From Pseudomonadota bacterium (GTDB taxonomy: Bacteria > Desulfobacterota > Desulfobulbia > Desulfobulbales > JAGXFP01): a DNA stretch of 64,000 nucleotides. This document shows positions 41,709 to 51,950 of the stretch, piece by piece. The DNA is taken from positions 25,233 to 89,232 of the forward strand of contig JAHJAA010000060.1 in assembly GCA_018814305.1 (NCBI GenBank). Reading direction: 5' to 3'. Under the pieces are notes generated by a model. It ran no database searches. It was not told the origin of the DNA and worked only from the letters and a program-made list of their open reading frames with translations. The position numbers and the translations under genes are program-made. Numbering within the stretch: the stretch's first letter is position 1; the number at the start of each line of letters is the position of its first letter.

Positions 41709-42101
41709 ATGCTTCAAACTGAAAGGGGTTTTACCTTGATTGAGTTAGTCATGGTCATTGTTATCCTGGGATTATTAGCGGCAGTGGCCGTACCAAAATA
41801 TCAGGATCTCAAGACCGAGGCAGCCCAGGCCTCCGCAGAAGGAGTTTATGGTGGGGCCAATGCTGCCACTGCCATCAATTTTGCCGCCCGGCTGTTCAGC
41901 CCGACCAAGAGTGCCGCCATCACCAATGCCACCACCCTGATTGCGGCCATGGAAGGATTACCTGAAGGCTGGACAATCACGGCCGGCAGCTTAACCAGCA
42001 TTGACTTTCCGACCTATGTCATCCGAGTGGCGGTTGATGAGACCCCAGGCGGGGCAACCGCACCGACCAACAAGGCTCAATTGGCCAAGAGTGGTTTTTA
42101 A
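41709..42101 (+). CDS. Probable major pilin (MshA-like)
   Basis: G|FTLIELVMVIVILGLLAAVAVPKY; strong RBS GAGGAGG, own AT-rich upstream region and terminator. Confidence 0.88.
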   Translation: MLQTERGFTLIELVMVIVILGLLAAVAVPKYQDLKTEAAQASAEGVYGGANAATAINFAARLFSPTKSAAITNATTLIAAMEGLPEGWTITAGSLTSIDFPTYVIRVAVDETPGGATAPTNKAQLAKSGF

Positions 42102-42126
42102 TTTTTCAGCTCATCAACTTCCAAAT

Positions 42127-42164
42127 AAAAAAAGCCCTGCCAGGTTTACCGGCGGGGCTTTTTT
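42127..42164 (+). terminator. Intrinsic terminator after the pilin gene
   Basis: A7-GCCCTGCC...GGCGGGGC-T6. Confidence 0.8.
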
Positions 42165-42178
42165 ATCCTGAATAAATT

Positions 42179-42370
42179 ATGGAAACAATCATACTCTGGC
42201 TGATCATCGGGTTGGCGGCTGTTTATGCCGGAAGGGCCCTGATCAGAATCATCCAGGGGAAGAGTAAAGGATGCGGTTGTAATAGCTCTCCCTGTTCCCC
42301 CTCTTCTCCTCAACAGATTCTCCCTGACTTCAGATCTGAAGATTCTGAAGAGGAGCCTCCCCTCTCCTGA
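42179..42370 (+). CDS. FeoB-associated Cys-rich-like small membrane protein
   Basis: One TM helix followed by KGCGC...C. Confidence 0.6.
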   Translation: METIILWLIIGLAAVYAGRALIRIIQGKSKGCGCNSSPCSPSSPQQILPDFRSEDSEEEPPLS

Positions 42371-42390
42371 CGTCAATCTCCCCCCGTCAC

Positions 42391-43596
42391 CTATTCCAGC
42401 CGCTTCAGCGCCTCAGCAAACCGTTTCATGCCTTCCTCAATAACCTCCATTGAGGTGGCAAAGGAAAACCGGATAAACCGGTCGGCACCGAAAGCGGCTC
42501 CCGGCACAGTGGCCAATAAGGCTTCGTCCAACAGATAATCCGCCAGTTCCACCGAGCCGGTGATGGTCTTACCCTTAAACGACCGACCGAAATAGGCCGA
42601 CACGTTTGGGAAAACATAAAAGGCCCCCCGGGGCCGGACACAGGGCACATCACCGATCTCCGCCAAGGCAGCCATGATGAAGTCAAGTCTCGGCAGAAAG
42701 GCCTTCTTCATGGTGATCGGAAAATCCTGGGGACCGGTCACCGCGGCCAAAGCGGCTTTCTGAGCAACAGATGAAGGGTTCGAGGTTGATTGGCTCTGGA
42801 TCTTATTCATGGCGGCAATCACGTGCTTGGGACCGGCGGTATAACCGATCCGCCATCCGGTCATGGCAAATGACTTTGAGACCCCGTTTAAGATCAGGGT
42901 CTGATCCTTAAGTTCAGGCGCCACGTTAAGGATGTGAGGAAGCGAGGCATCACCGTAAGTAATGGTGTCATAGATATCATCGGTAATGATAACCCAGCCT
43001 TTTTCCTTGGCCATTTGGGCAATAGCTGTGAGGGCCTCCAGCGAATACACCGAACCGGTGGGATTGGAGGGGCTGTTCAAGATAATCCCCTTGGTTCGTT
43101 CGGTGGCATAGCGGGCCAGAACATCCGCTTCCAGATCAAAGTCCTTTTCCTCAGTAAGGGGCAAAATCACTGGAGTTGCCGCGGCCAGCTGAATGATATC
43201 CGGGTAGGACACCCAATATGGGGCCGGGATCAAGACCTCATCACCGGGTCCGAATAGAGCCTGGGCCATATTATAGAGGCCATGCTTGCCGCCGCAGGAG
43301 ACCTGAATCTGCTCCGGACTATAGTCCCAGCCATGATCAATCTGTAGTCTTCTGGCAACACCCTCACGAAGTTCCGGAATACCGGGAACAGCCGTATACC
43401 GGGTAAAGCCCTCGTCAATGGCCTGCTTCCCGGCATTTCTGACATGCTCCGGGGTATCAAAATCAGGTTCCCCGACACTGAAATTCAGGATATCGGCGCC
43501 TGCCGCCTTCAAGGCCTTGGCCTTGGCATTCACCGCCAGCGTGGGTGATGGTTTAATCCGTAAAACCCTATCCGCCAATACAATCTTCGAATCCAT
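42391..43596 (-). CDS. PLP-dependent class I aminotransferase (aspartate aminotransferase-like)
   Basis: GEPDFDTP, NSPSNPTG, DDIY, SKSFAMTGWRIG and GAFY; start MDSK at 43596 after GGGAG. Confidence 0.93.
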   Translation of the reverse strand: MDSKIVLADRVLRIKPSPTLAVNAKAKALKAAGADILNFSVGEPDFDTPEHVRNAGKQAIDEGFTRYTAVPGIPELREGVARRLQIDHGWDYSPEQIQVSCGGKHGLYNMAQALFGPGDEVLIPAPYWVSYPDIIQLAAATPVILPLTEEKDFDLEADVLARYATERTKGIILNSPSNPTGSVYSLEALTAIAQMAKEKGWVIITDDIYDTITYGDASLPHILNVAPELKDQTLILNGVSKSFAMTGWRIGYTAGPKHVIAAMNKIQSQSTSNPSSVAQKAALAAVTGPQDFPITMKKAFLPRLDFIMAALAEIGDVPCVRPRGAFYVFPNVSAYFGRSFKGKTITGSVELADYLLDEALLATVPGAAFGADRFIRFSFATSMEVIEEGMKRFAEALKRLE

Positions 43597-43735
43597 GATG
43601 CTCCCGTGACTCATGTCCATGGTAATTAGTACCTTCCCTTGACGTGAAGATACAGCCTGAGGTGAACAAAACGACCATTGAACCACTCACCTCTCGAATC
43701 AAAAAATTTTCAAACTATACCCATTCGCATACCGA

Positions 43736-44560
43736 TTATAGCAAAGGGAGATCCTCCTTTGCATAATAAACTTCCTGCAAAAAAAGACCTTGGGCCGGTG
43801 CGGTCGGACTGGAAAGAGTGCGATCTCTCTTATCCCGAATACCTCTAAATTGATCCGGAGTCAATCTCCCCCTCCCCACCTCAACTGCGGCACCGACAAT
43901 ATTACGAACCATATGCCTGAGGAATCCATCACCACTGACGACCAGGGTCAACTTACTCCGGTCGCCTGAATTTTCATTAACGGTTGCCCTAAAGATAGTC
44001 CGAACCGCCCCCTTGCCCTCGGTAAAATTTCTATCGCGGGAACCGGCTCCTTCAAAACTGGAAAAATCGTGCTTCCCTACAATGAAGGTCAGGGCCTCTC
44101 GCATGGCGGAAAGGTCAAGATCGGTTTCCAGCTGCCACTGATAAAGCCGATCGGTTGGTACGCAGACACCGCCCCTGCAAAGTTGATAAAAATAGGTTTT
44201 ACCCACTGCATTTTTCCTGGCGTGGAAAGAGGGTTCTTTCTCCTCAACCACAAGAATCCTGATCGCCCTGGGCAACAGGCTGTTTAAACCGCGCCTGAAC
44301 CCCTCACTTGGAATGCGCTCATTATCCGTGAGAAAATTCGCCGTCATCCCCAGAGCGTGGACTCCGGCATCGGTCCGACCAGCACCGTGGAGGGAGACCA
44401 GCTGACCGGTCATGATTGCAAGTTGATCTTCCAATATCCCCTGAATCGTCTGAATCCCTTTCTGGCGCTGCCATCCAGCAAGTCCGGTCCCGTCAAAGGC
44501 CACCACAAGCATAAGATTCCGCATAACAAAAACCATAGGCCTCTTGCCGGACCTCGCCAA
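43736..44560 (-). CDS. truA: tRNA pseudouridine(38-40) synthase
   Basis: GWQRQ, AGRTDAGVHA, GKHDF, FLRHMVRNIVG and TAPAQGL. Confidence 0.95.
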   Translation of the reverse strand: MARSGKRPMVFVMRNLMLVVAFDGTGLAGWQRQKGIQTIQGILEDQLAIMTGQLVSLHGAGRTDAGVHALGMTANFLTDNERIPSEGFRRGLNSLLPRAIRILVVEEKEPSFHARKNAVGKTYFYQLCRGGVCVPTDRLYQWQLETDLDLSAMREALTFIVGKHDFSSFEGAGSRDRNFTEGKGAVRTIFRATVNENSGDRSKLTLVVSGDGFLRHMVRNIVGAAVEVGRGRLTPDQFRGIRDKRDRTLSSPTAPAQGLFLQEVYYAKEDLPLL

Positions 44561-44563
44561 TTA

Positions 44564-45601
44564 TTAAGGAAAAAGCGGAACTCCAAGCAACCCTGTTTCC
44601 TCAGGAAAACCGCAGATCAAATTCATGTTCTGAACGGCCTGGCCAGCTGCTCCCTTGACCAGATTATCAATGGCAGAAAGAATTACAATGCGACCGGTCC
44701 GAGGATCAACCTTGAACCCGATATCGCAAAAATTACTGCCTCGGACAAATTGGGTTGCCGGGAAATCCCCAGCAGGACACATCCTGACAAAACGTTCATT
44801 CTGATAAAAGACTGAATAGAGATCAGAGATCTGGTCCCCACTGACCCCTTCAATTAACTTCGCATAAATCGTGCTCAATATCCCCCTTGCCATGGGAACA
44901 AGATGAGGGGTAAACGACATAACCACCGGGCAATCGGCCAATCGACCGACTTCCTGCTCTATTTCAGGGGTATGTCGGTGTTCGGCAACCTTATAAGCCT
45001 TGAATCCGTCGCTCACTTCACAGTACAGAGAACCGACCGCAGCACTCCGACCGGCTCCGGACACCCCGGACTTCGAATCCGCAATGAGTGAATGGGGGTC
45101 AATAACCCCTGCTTTCAGGAGTGGGGCCAGGCCAAGAATAATGCTGGTTGGGTAGCAGCCCGGATTGGCAACCAATTCAGTCTTAACGATTTCTTGCCGG
45201 TGAATTTCGGGAAGACCGTATACTGCTTTTGAAAGATATTCTGGGGCTGTATGTTTCTGATACCATTTTTCATAAACCACCGGATCGCTGATCCTGAAGT
45301 CGGCCGAAAGATCAATCACTTTTTTCCCAGCTTCCATGAGCGTGGGGACAATCGACATAGCCGTCTGATGGGGAACAGCGGTAAAGAAGAGATCCGCCTT
45401 GGCAACTAATTCTTCCACAACCACATCGGTTACGACAAGATCCGCAAACCCCCGAAGATTCGGGTAAATATCAGAGAGTTTTTTCCCGGCATACTGGCGG
45501 GATGTTGCCACGGCTAAGGTGACCTCGGGATGGACACAGAGTAATCGGGCTAATTCTTCACCGGTGTAACCGGAAGCACCGATGATACCAACTTTCAACA
45601 T
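44564..45601 (-). CDS. argC: N-acetyl-gamma-glutamyl-phosphate reductase
   Basis: [37 protein letters not shown] and [11 protein letters not shown]. Confidence 0.97.
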   Translation of the reverse strand: MLKVGIIGASGYTGEELARLLCVHPEVTLAVATSRQYAGKKLSDIYPNLRGFADLVVTDVVVEELVAKADLFFTAVPHQTAMSIVPTLMEAGKKVIDLSADFRISDPVVYEKWYQKHTAPEYLSKAVYGLPEIHRQEIVKTELVANPGCYPTSIILGLAPLLKAGVIDPHSLIADSKSGVSGAGRSAAVGSLYCEVSDGFKAYKVAEHRHTPEIEQEVGRLADCPVVMSFTPHLVPMARGILSTIYAKLIEGVSGDQISDLYSVFYQNERFVRMCPAGDFPATQFVRGSNFCDIGFKVDPRTGRIVILSAIDNLVKGAAGQAVQNMNLICGFPEETGLLGVPLFP

Positions 45602-45746
45602 GTCTTTTCCTTTATAAGCTTGATTGACAATTTATGGAGGACGGGACCGGCAATAGAAACTCAATACCCGGTATGATACTTTTTTCCAACGGATTTACAA
45701 AAATTCTCAGTTTTCGTAAAAGCCCGATCCCCTGAGATCAAAAATC

Positions 45747-45788
45747 AAAAAAATGGGGAAGAACGATATAAATCGTTCTTCCCCATTT
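45747..45788 (-). terminator. Intrinsic terminator after rpsI
   Basis: 14-bp stem TGGGGAAGAACGAT/ATCGTTCTTCCCCA with a T7 tail on the minus strand. Confidence 0.85.
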
Positions 45789-45813
45789 GAAAGGATCGAT
45801 ATGCAATAACAAA

Positions 45814-46206
45814 TTATCGTTTGGAGAACTGGAACCGAGCACGAGCTCCCTTCTGACCATACTTCTTCCGCTCCTTCGTCCGAGGATCACGGGTCAAAAG
45901 TCCAGCTCTCTTCAAAGTCAGTCGAAACTCACCATCAACGTCAAGCAGAGCCCGGGAAATTCCATGACGCATAGCTTCAGCTTGAGCTGATTTGCCTCCA
46001 CCCTTCACAGTGGCCATAACATCAAACCGGCTCAGGGTATCAGTCAAGATCAATGGCTTTTCAATTTTCTTTCGAGAATCGCCGGCTCCAAAATAATCTT
46101 CAACGGCATAGGTTTTATTCACCAGGACATTACCCTGACCCGGCTTCAACCAAACACGGGCGATGGCGGTCTTTCTTTTTCCGGTGGCGTAATAACTTTC
46201 AGACAT
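45814..46206 (-). CDS. rpsI: 30S ribosomal protein S9
   Basis: [18 protein letters not shown] and ERKKYG...[10 protein letters not shown]. Confidence 0.98.
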   Translation of the reverse strand: MSESYYATGKRKTAIARVWLKPGQGNVLVNKTYAVEDYFGAGDSRKKIEKPLILTDTLSRFDVMATVKGGGKSAQAEAMRHGISRALLDVDGEFRLTLKRAGLLTRDPRTKERKKYGQKGARARFQFSKR

Positions 46207-46235
46207 GCTCCTCTCCAGATATGGGAATCAATAGA

Positions 46236-46667
46236 TTATGACAATTCCATTGTGGTTGGTTGTTGGGCCTCATGGGGATGTTCATCGCCAACATAGACCT
46301 TCAATTTCTTCAACTGAGCCCGGCCCAGGGTGTTTTTAGGAAGCATCCCTTTCACGGCTTTACGAATAAGTTCTTCGGGTTTTTTCTCAAGCATTTCACG
46401 AGCGGTCATTTCTTTAATGCCGCCCATGAAGCCAGTATGATGATAGTACTTCTTTTCATCCATTTTCTTACCGGTAAGATGAATTTTCTCCGCGTTAACT
46501 ACGATCACGAAATCACCGACATCCATAAACGTTGAATAGTTCGGCTTATTCTTCCCGCGCAGACGAGTTGCAATCTCGGTAGCCAAGCGCCCGAGAACTT
46601 TGCTGGTGGCATCAACTATATACCAATTTTTCTCGACTTCTTTAACCGGGGTCAGATACGTCTTCAT
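46236..46667 (-). CDS. rplM: 50S ribosomal protein L13
   Basis: WYIVDA...[22 protein letters not shown] and HPHEAQQP; start MKTY at 46667. Confidence 0.98.
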   Translation of the reverse strand: MKTYLTPVKEVEKNWYIVDATSKVLGRLATEIATRLRGKNKPNYSTFMDVGDFVIVVNAEKIHLTGKKMDEKKYYHHTGFMGGIKEMTAREMLEKKPEELIRKAVKGMLPKNTLGRAQLKKLKVYVGDEHPHEAQQPTTMELS

Positions 46668-46690
46668 AATATACAACCTCAAAATAAATG

Positions 46691-46720
46691 AAAAAAAGGT
46701 TCGAACGTGGTCCGAACCTT
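46691..46720 (-). terminator. Hairpin plus U-tract between tRNA-Gly and rplM
   Basis: Minus strand AAGGTTCGG-ACCACG-TTCGAACC-T7. Confidence 0.55.
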
Positions 46721-46728
46721 ATATAAGC

Positions 46729-46803
<75 letters not shown>

Positions 46804-46834
46804 TTTTTCGAGCTGTTGTCGTTACAACGTGGCG

Positions 46835-46864
46835 ACTATAACCAAACCGACCTACCGATGTCAA
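46835..46864 (-). promoter_or_regulatory. sigma70 promoter for tRNA-Gly
   Basis: TTGACA-18 nt-TATAGT on the minus strand. Confidence 0.65.
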
Positions 46865-47109
46865 CAGAAAAATCCGTTTTCACCCTCTTTAAAACCATCG
46901 TTGAAGATCGGGTTGACACAACCTCTACGAAATGAATGGGAAATTGTTTTATTTAAAGATGTTACATGGTAAAGTTGCGTTCAATTCACTCAAACAGCTT
47001 GGTATTAAACATCCTGATACCGTTTGCTTAACTGTTAAGTTACCATAACCATATCATTATATACAACCCCTTCTCCAAAGATCATCATACCGAAAATGAG
47101 GACAATAGC

Positions 47110-47709
47110 ATGAAATCAGGTGGACCCAGAACGGGCACGGTTTCCCGGAAGACCAACGAAACGGATATAACCCTCACCCTGGACTTGGATGGACAAGGCA
47201 AAGCAACGATTAACACCGGAGTCCCGTTTCTCGACCACATGCTGACCCTCTTCACCGTCCATGGTTTTTTCAACCTGACCATCGAAGCCCAAGGCGATAC
47301 CGATATTGATGACCATCATACGGTGGAAGACTTGGGAATCTGCCTGGGGCAAGCTTTTAAAATGGCCATGGGGGACTTCAGCGGAATCAAACGCTACGGC
47401 TTGGCCGCAGTGCCCATGGATGAGGCCCTGGCCCGGGTTACCCTGGATTTTTCCAACCGTCCATTCCTTCATTACGGGGTCCAACTCTCAGACCAAAAGG
47501 TCGGTCGATTCGATACCGCTCTGGCCCAGGAATTTCTGCGGGCTTTCACCCTCCATGGAGGCCTGACCCTCCATGTCGAAGTGGTCCACGGTGAAAACAC
47601 CCACCATATACTGGAGGCCGTCTTTAAAGCTCTGGCCCGGGGTATCGACCAAGCCACTTCACGCGAAGAAAGAAACGCCGGACCTCTTTCCTCAAAAGGC
47701 CTGCTCTGA
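47110..47709 (+). CDS. hisB: Imidazoleglycerol-phosphate dehydratase
   Basis: RKTNETDI, FLDHML, DDHHTVED, PMDEAL and NTHHILEA. Confidence 0.97.
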   Translation: MKSGGPRTGTVSRKTNETDITLTLDLDGQGKATINTGVPFLDHMLTLFTVHGFFNLTIEAQGDTDIDDHHTVEDLGICLGQAFKMAMGDFSGIKRYGLAAVPMDEALARVTLDFSNRPFLHYGVQLSDQKVGRFDTALAQEFLRAFTLHGGLTLHVEVVHGENTHHILEAVFKALARGIDQATSREERNAGPLSSKGLL

Positions 47710-47726
47710 AGCCGTTGGGCACCTCA

Positions 47727-48503
47727 ATGGCTATCACCCTTCCGGACACCGTCCAACTCCCCACCCTAAGTCAGACCCTGACCTCAGAAGTCAACCGACG
47801 GATTGGACGTGCCATGCATGACTATTCCATGCTCGATGACGGTGACAAGGTCATGGTGGCCGTATCCGGCGGCATTGACAGTCTGGTCTTGGCCTGGCTT
47901 CTTCTGCACTGGCAAAAGAAGGCCCCCATCACCTACCAGGTTCTGGCGGTTCATCTCGACATGGGATTTGGTGCCATCGAAGCAACACAGGTCAATGATC
48001 AACTCTGCCGACTTGGCATTAATTTTCATACGGAAACGACCGAATTCGGCAAGAAGGCCCTGGAGACTGAAAACGGCCGTTCCGGATGCTACTACTGCGC
48101 CCGCCAGCGAAGGAACCGACTCTTCGAACTGGCCAAAGAAAAAGACTGTAACAAACTCGCCTTGGGCCATCACCGGGAAGATATTATTGAAACCTTCTTT
48201 ATCAATCTCCTGTATGGCGGCAACCTGAGCACCATGGTACCACGCCAGGACCTCTTTCACGGGAAACTCTCCCTGATCCGCCCCATGGCCTATCTGGACA
48301 AGACCGATATCATCGATATCGGCTCCAAATTGGGTGTTCGACCGGTTAAAAACCCATGTCCCCTTTCCGAAACCTCAAAACGTCAGGAGGTCAGGGATCT
48401 CATGGCAACAATTTACACCAAGGACCCAATGATCAAATCCACTATTTTTTCCGCTTTAGGCAATGTCCGGAAGGACTATCTCCTGAAACCTACCTCCTTT
48501 TGA
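47727..48503 (+). CDS. ttcA: tRNA 2-thiocytidine biosynthesis TtcA-family protein
   Basis: PP-loop VAVSGGIDS, CYYC, GHHREDIIET, IRPM and NPCP. Confidence 0.82.
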   Translation: MAITLPDTVQLPTLSQTLTSEVNRRIGRAMHDYSMLDDGDKVMVAVSGGIDSLVLAWLLLHWQKKAPITYQVLAVHLDMGFGAIEATQVNDQLCRLGINFHTETTEFGKKALETENGRSGCYYCARQRRNRLFELAKEKDCNKLALGHHREDIIETFFINLLYGGNLSTMVPRQDLFHGKLSLIRPMAYLDKTDIIDIGSKLGVRPVKNPCPLSETSKRQEVRDLMATIYTKDPMIKSTIFSALGNVRKDYLLKPTSF

Positions 48504-48823
48504 TTTTCCCCTACGGATATTGATTTCGGTATCATAATACCAACAGTTGCTTCATGCCATTTAAGTAAGATTGTTTCCATCCACAAATTCAATAGTGTGC
48601 ATTCCCACTTACAACTCACCCGTACACAAAAACCCTGTTTATATCCTTACCAATCAACAGCAGAATTTCTTTTGCCATATTCCATTCGATTTCCGTATTC
48701 GATACCAGTATAATTCGTAATTGTGTTTACTATTTTCTTGATTTTGTCTACCACAATGTAGTAGGTGATTGAAGTTCAAAAGCATTAAACCAACCACATA
48801 TTCATTGAACACAGGAGGCGATC

Positions 48824-50719
48824 ATGGGGAAGTACAGCGATCTCTTTACCCAAAGCATCAACGATCCAGAATCTTTCTGGGGTGAAGCAGCCGAACAGAT
48901 TGACTGGTACAGAAAATGGGACCGGGTGATCGACAACACTAATCCTCCCTTTTTCCGATGGTTTACTGGCGGAGAGATGAATACTTGTCATAATGCAGTC
49001 GATCGCCATGTGGAAAACGGACGCGGCGATCAGGTGGCGATTATTTATGACAGCCCGGTCACCGATACCATAAAAAAATATACCTACCGTGAACTCCTCG
49101 ACCTTACTGCCAATTTTGCGGGAGTTCTCAAAGGACTAGGGGTTAGCAAGGGTGATACCGTCATTATTTATATGCCGATGATTCCCCAGGCTGCGGTGGC
49201 CATGCTGGCTTGCGCCCGGCTGGGTGCTATTCACTCCGTTGTTTTCGGCGGTTTTGCCGCCCATGAACTGGCCATCCGCATCGACCACTCCAAGCCCAAG
49301 GTCATCGTTTGTGCTTCAGGCGCCATTGAAGGGAAAAAAATACTCGAATACAAACCATTGATCGACAAGGCCATCGAGTTGTCCGATCATAAACCTGAAA
49401 AATGCGTGGTCTTTCAGCGCTCCCAGGTTTCCGCCACCCTGAAACCAGGCCGAGATTACGATTGGCAGGAACTCGTAAAAACAGCCGAGCCCGCCCCCTG
49501 CGTACCGGTGGCCGCCACTGATCCCCTCTATATTCTTTATACCTCCGGAACCACCGGAATGCCCAAAGGCGTGGTTCGCGACAATGGCGGCCATGCCGTG
49601 GCCCTAAATTGGAGCATGGATAATATTTACAACACCAGGGCCGGCGATGTCTTCTGGGCTGCCTCCGACGTGGGCTGGGTAGTGGGTCATTCCTACATCA
49701 TCTATGGACCGCTGATCAAGGGCTGCACCACCATCATCTATGAAGGCAAGCCCATCGGTACTCCCGACCCAGGCGCCTTCTGGCGGGTCATCTCGGAACA
49801 TAATGTCAAGGTCCTGTTCACCGCCCCCACCGCCTTTCGGGCCATCAAAAAGGAAGACCCCACCGGGTCATACACCAAAAAATACGATCTTTCCTGCTTC
49901 AAATATCTCTTTCTGGCCGGGGAACGGCTCGATCCGGATACCTATCACTGGGCCACCGAAATCCTCAAGGTGCCGGTCATTGACCACTGGTGGCAGACGG
50001 AAACCGGCTGGCCCATTGCCGCCAATTGCATGGGTATCGAGCCCTTACCCATCAAACCCGGATCCCCCACCGTTCCCGTCCCCGGTTACGATGTTCGGAT
50101 CCTTGACGATGCCGGTCATGAACTGCCGGCGGGCCGGGAAGGCAACGTGGTGATAAAACTCCCCCTGCCGCCCGGCACCCTGCCAACCCTCTGGCTGGAT
50201 GACGAAAAGTATAAAAAATCCTATCTCTCTCATTTCAAGGGGTATTATACCACCAGCGACGGGGGATACAAAGACGAAGACGGCTATGTCTATGTCATGG
50301 GAAGAATGGATGATGTGATCAACGTAGCCGGTCATCGGCTCTCCACCGGTGCCATGGAAGAGGTCATCGCCACCCATCCTGGAGTTGCCGAATGCGCAGT
50401 CTTTGGAGTCCATGACTCCATCAAGGGCCAGATACCAATCGGTCTGGTGGTTCTGAAGGCAGGTGTTGACATCGAACCGAGCACGATGACCGCGGACCTC
50501 GTCGGCATGATCCGAAACGAAATCGGGCCCATCGCCTGTTATAAGGAGACCTCCATTGTCAAACGACTTCCTAAAACCAGAAGCGGCAAAATCCTGCGAG
50601 GCACCATGCGGGCCATTGCCGATGGACGGGAATACCGAATGCCCTCCACCATCGATGACCCGACAATCCTGACTGAAATCACCGAAACCTTGGGTGGGAT
50701 GGGATATCCTGGCAAGTGA
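48824..50719 (+). CDS. prpE: Propionyl-CoA synthetase (AMP-forming)
   Basis: YTSGTTGMPKGVVRDNGGHAVAL, DHWWQTETGW, NVAGHRLSTG and LPKTRSGKILR. Confidence 0.88.
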   Translation: MGKYSDLFTQSINDPESFWGEAAEQIDWYRKWDRVIDNTNPPFFRWFTGGEMNTCHNAVDRHVENGRGDQVAIIYDSPVTDTIKKYTYRELLDLTANFAGVLKGLGVSKGDTVIIYMPMIPQAAVAMLACARLGAIHSVVFGGFAAHELAIRIDHSKPKVIVCASGAIEGKKILEYKPLIDKAIELSDHKPEKCVVFQRSQVSATLKPGRDYDWQELVKTAEPAPCVPVAATDPLYILYTSGTTGMPKGVVRDNGGHAVALNWSMDNIYNTRAGDVFWAASDVGWVVGHSYIIYGPLIKGCTTIIYEGKPIGTPDPGAFWRVISEHNVKVLFTAPTAFRAIKKEDPTGSYTKKYDLSCFKYLFLAGERLDPDTYHWATEILKVPVIDHWWQTETGWPIAANCMGIEPLPIKPGSPTVPVPGYDVRILDDAGHELPAGREGNVVIKLPLPPGTLPTLWLDDEKYKKSYLSHFKGYYTTSDGGYKDEDGYVYVMGRMDDVINVAGHRLSTGAMEEVIATHPGVAECAVFGVHDSIKGQIPIGLVVLKAGVDIEPSTMTADLVGMIRNEIGPIACYKETSIVKRLPKTRSGKILRGTMRAIADGREYRMPSTIDDPTILTEITETLGGMGYPGK

Positions 50720-50777
50720 CGGCCTCTGTGACATGACCCGGGTCACGTCAAGAATGAATTTCACCTGGTGATGCTCG

Positions 50778-51950
50778 ATGAAGATCCATGAATATCAGGC
50801 CAAGGAACTGTTTCGGCAATACGGGATTCCCTGCCCAAACGGCGGTATCGCAACGACCCTTGATGAAGCGCGCCGCGTGGTCGACGCCATGCCAGGCTAT
50901 CCCGTCATGGTCAAAGCTCAGATTCATGCCGGAGGCCGCGGCAAAGGGGGCGGGGTCAAGCTGGCAACATCACCGGCTGACCTTGAAGAAAGGGTAGCAG
51001 AAATTCTTGGGATGACCTTGATCACTGCCCAGACCGGTCCGGCCGGTAAGGTGGTCCATACGGTCTTGCTGGAACAAGGGCTTGACCTTGCCCAAGAGCT
51101 TTATCTCTCCCTGGCCGTAGATCGTCGGACCGCTCAAATTCTGATCATTGCCTCCGCAACCGGAGGTATGGAAATCGAAACCACCGCAACAGCCGATCCG
51201 GGCACCCTTGTTCGGATCGAGGTCAATCCCCTCTCAGGTCTGGCTGATCATCACCTGCGACGGACGGCATTCGGTCTGGGCCTGACTGGTGAGGAGGCCA
51301 AGCACTTCACGATCCTCCTTCGCCACCTCTATCACTTTTTTGTTGATTGCGATTGCCTCCTGGTGGAGATCAATCCCCTGGTGATTACCACCGACGGTCA
51401 GGTCCTCGCCCTAGATGCCAAGGTGGAAATTGACTCCAGCGCCCTGTTCCGTCATCCCGACTTGGCATCCCTTTATGATCCCACCGAAGAAGATCCCTTC
51501 GAGGCAGAGGCTCGCGTCCATAACGTCAATTACATCAAACTAAACGGCACCATAGGCAACATGGTCAACGGCGCTGGGCTGGCCATGGCCACCATGGACC
51601 TGATTAAAAATGCCGGAGCGGAACCAGCCAATTTCCTCGATGTGGGTGGTGGTGCCACCGCCGACATGGTGGAGCATGGCTTTCGCCTGATCCTGGCCGA
51701 TCCTGAGGTCAGAGGAATTCTGATCAATATTTTCGGGGGTATCCTCCGTTGTGATGTCCTGGCGGCAGGCATCGTCGAAGCGGCCACCAAAACCGGGATT
51801 ACCCTGCCGGTGGTTATCCGGATGGAAGGCACCAATGTTGAAGAAGGCCGGAAAATTTTGGCCGCTTCCGGACTCAACCTGATCACGGCAGCGGATTTAT
51901 CCGATGCAGCCCAAAAGATTGCCTTGGTTGCCTCAGGAGATTCGTTATGA
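50778..51950 (+). CDS. sucC: Succinyl-CoA ligase [ADP-forming] beta subunit
   Basis: [40 protein letters not shown] and [10 protein letters not shown]. Confidence 0.95.
   Translation: MKIHEYQAKELFRQYGIPCPNGGIATTLDEARRVVDAMPGYPVMVKAQIHAGGRGKGGGVKLATSPADLEERVAEILGMTLITAQTGPAGKVVHTVLLEQGLDLAQELYLSLAVDRRTAQILIIASATGGMEIETTATADPGTLVRIEVNPLSGLADHHLRRTAFGLGLTGEEAKHFTILLRHLYHFFVDCDCLLVEINPLVITTDGQVLALDAKVEIDSSALFRHPDLASLYDPTEEDPFEAEARVHNVNYIKLNGTIGNMVNGAGLAMATMDLIKNAGAEPANFLDVGGGATADMVEHGFRLILADPEVRGILINIFGGILRCDVLAAGIVEAATKTGITLPVVIRMEGTNVEEGRKILAASGLNLITAADLSDAAQKIALVASGDSL

Noticed and set aside
41709-42101. Pilin as a conductive e-pilin
   Set aside because: The mature protein is 123 aa with 9 aromatic residues (~7%) and long aromatic-free gaps. 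It is MshA-like rather than a short Geobacter PilA type.
50729-50750. Hairpin TGACATGACCCGGGTCACGTCA between prpE and sucC
   Set aside because: No U-tract; at most an mRNA-stability hairpin, with no support for a specific function.
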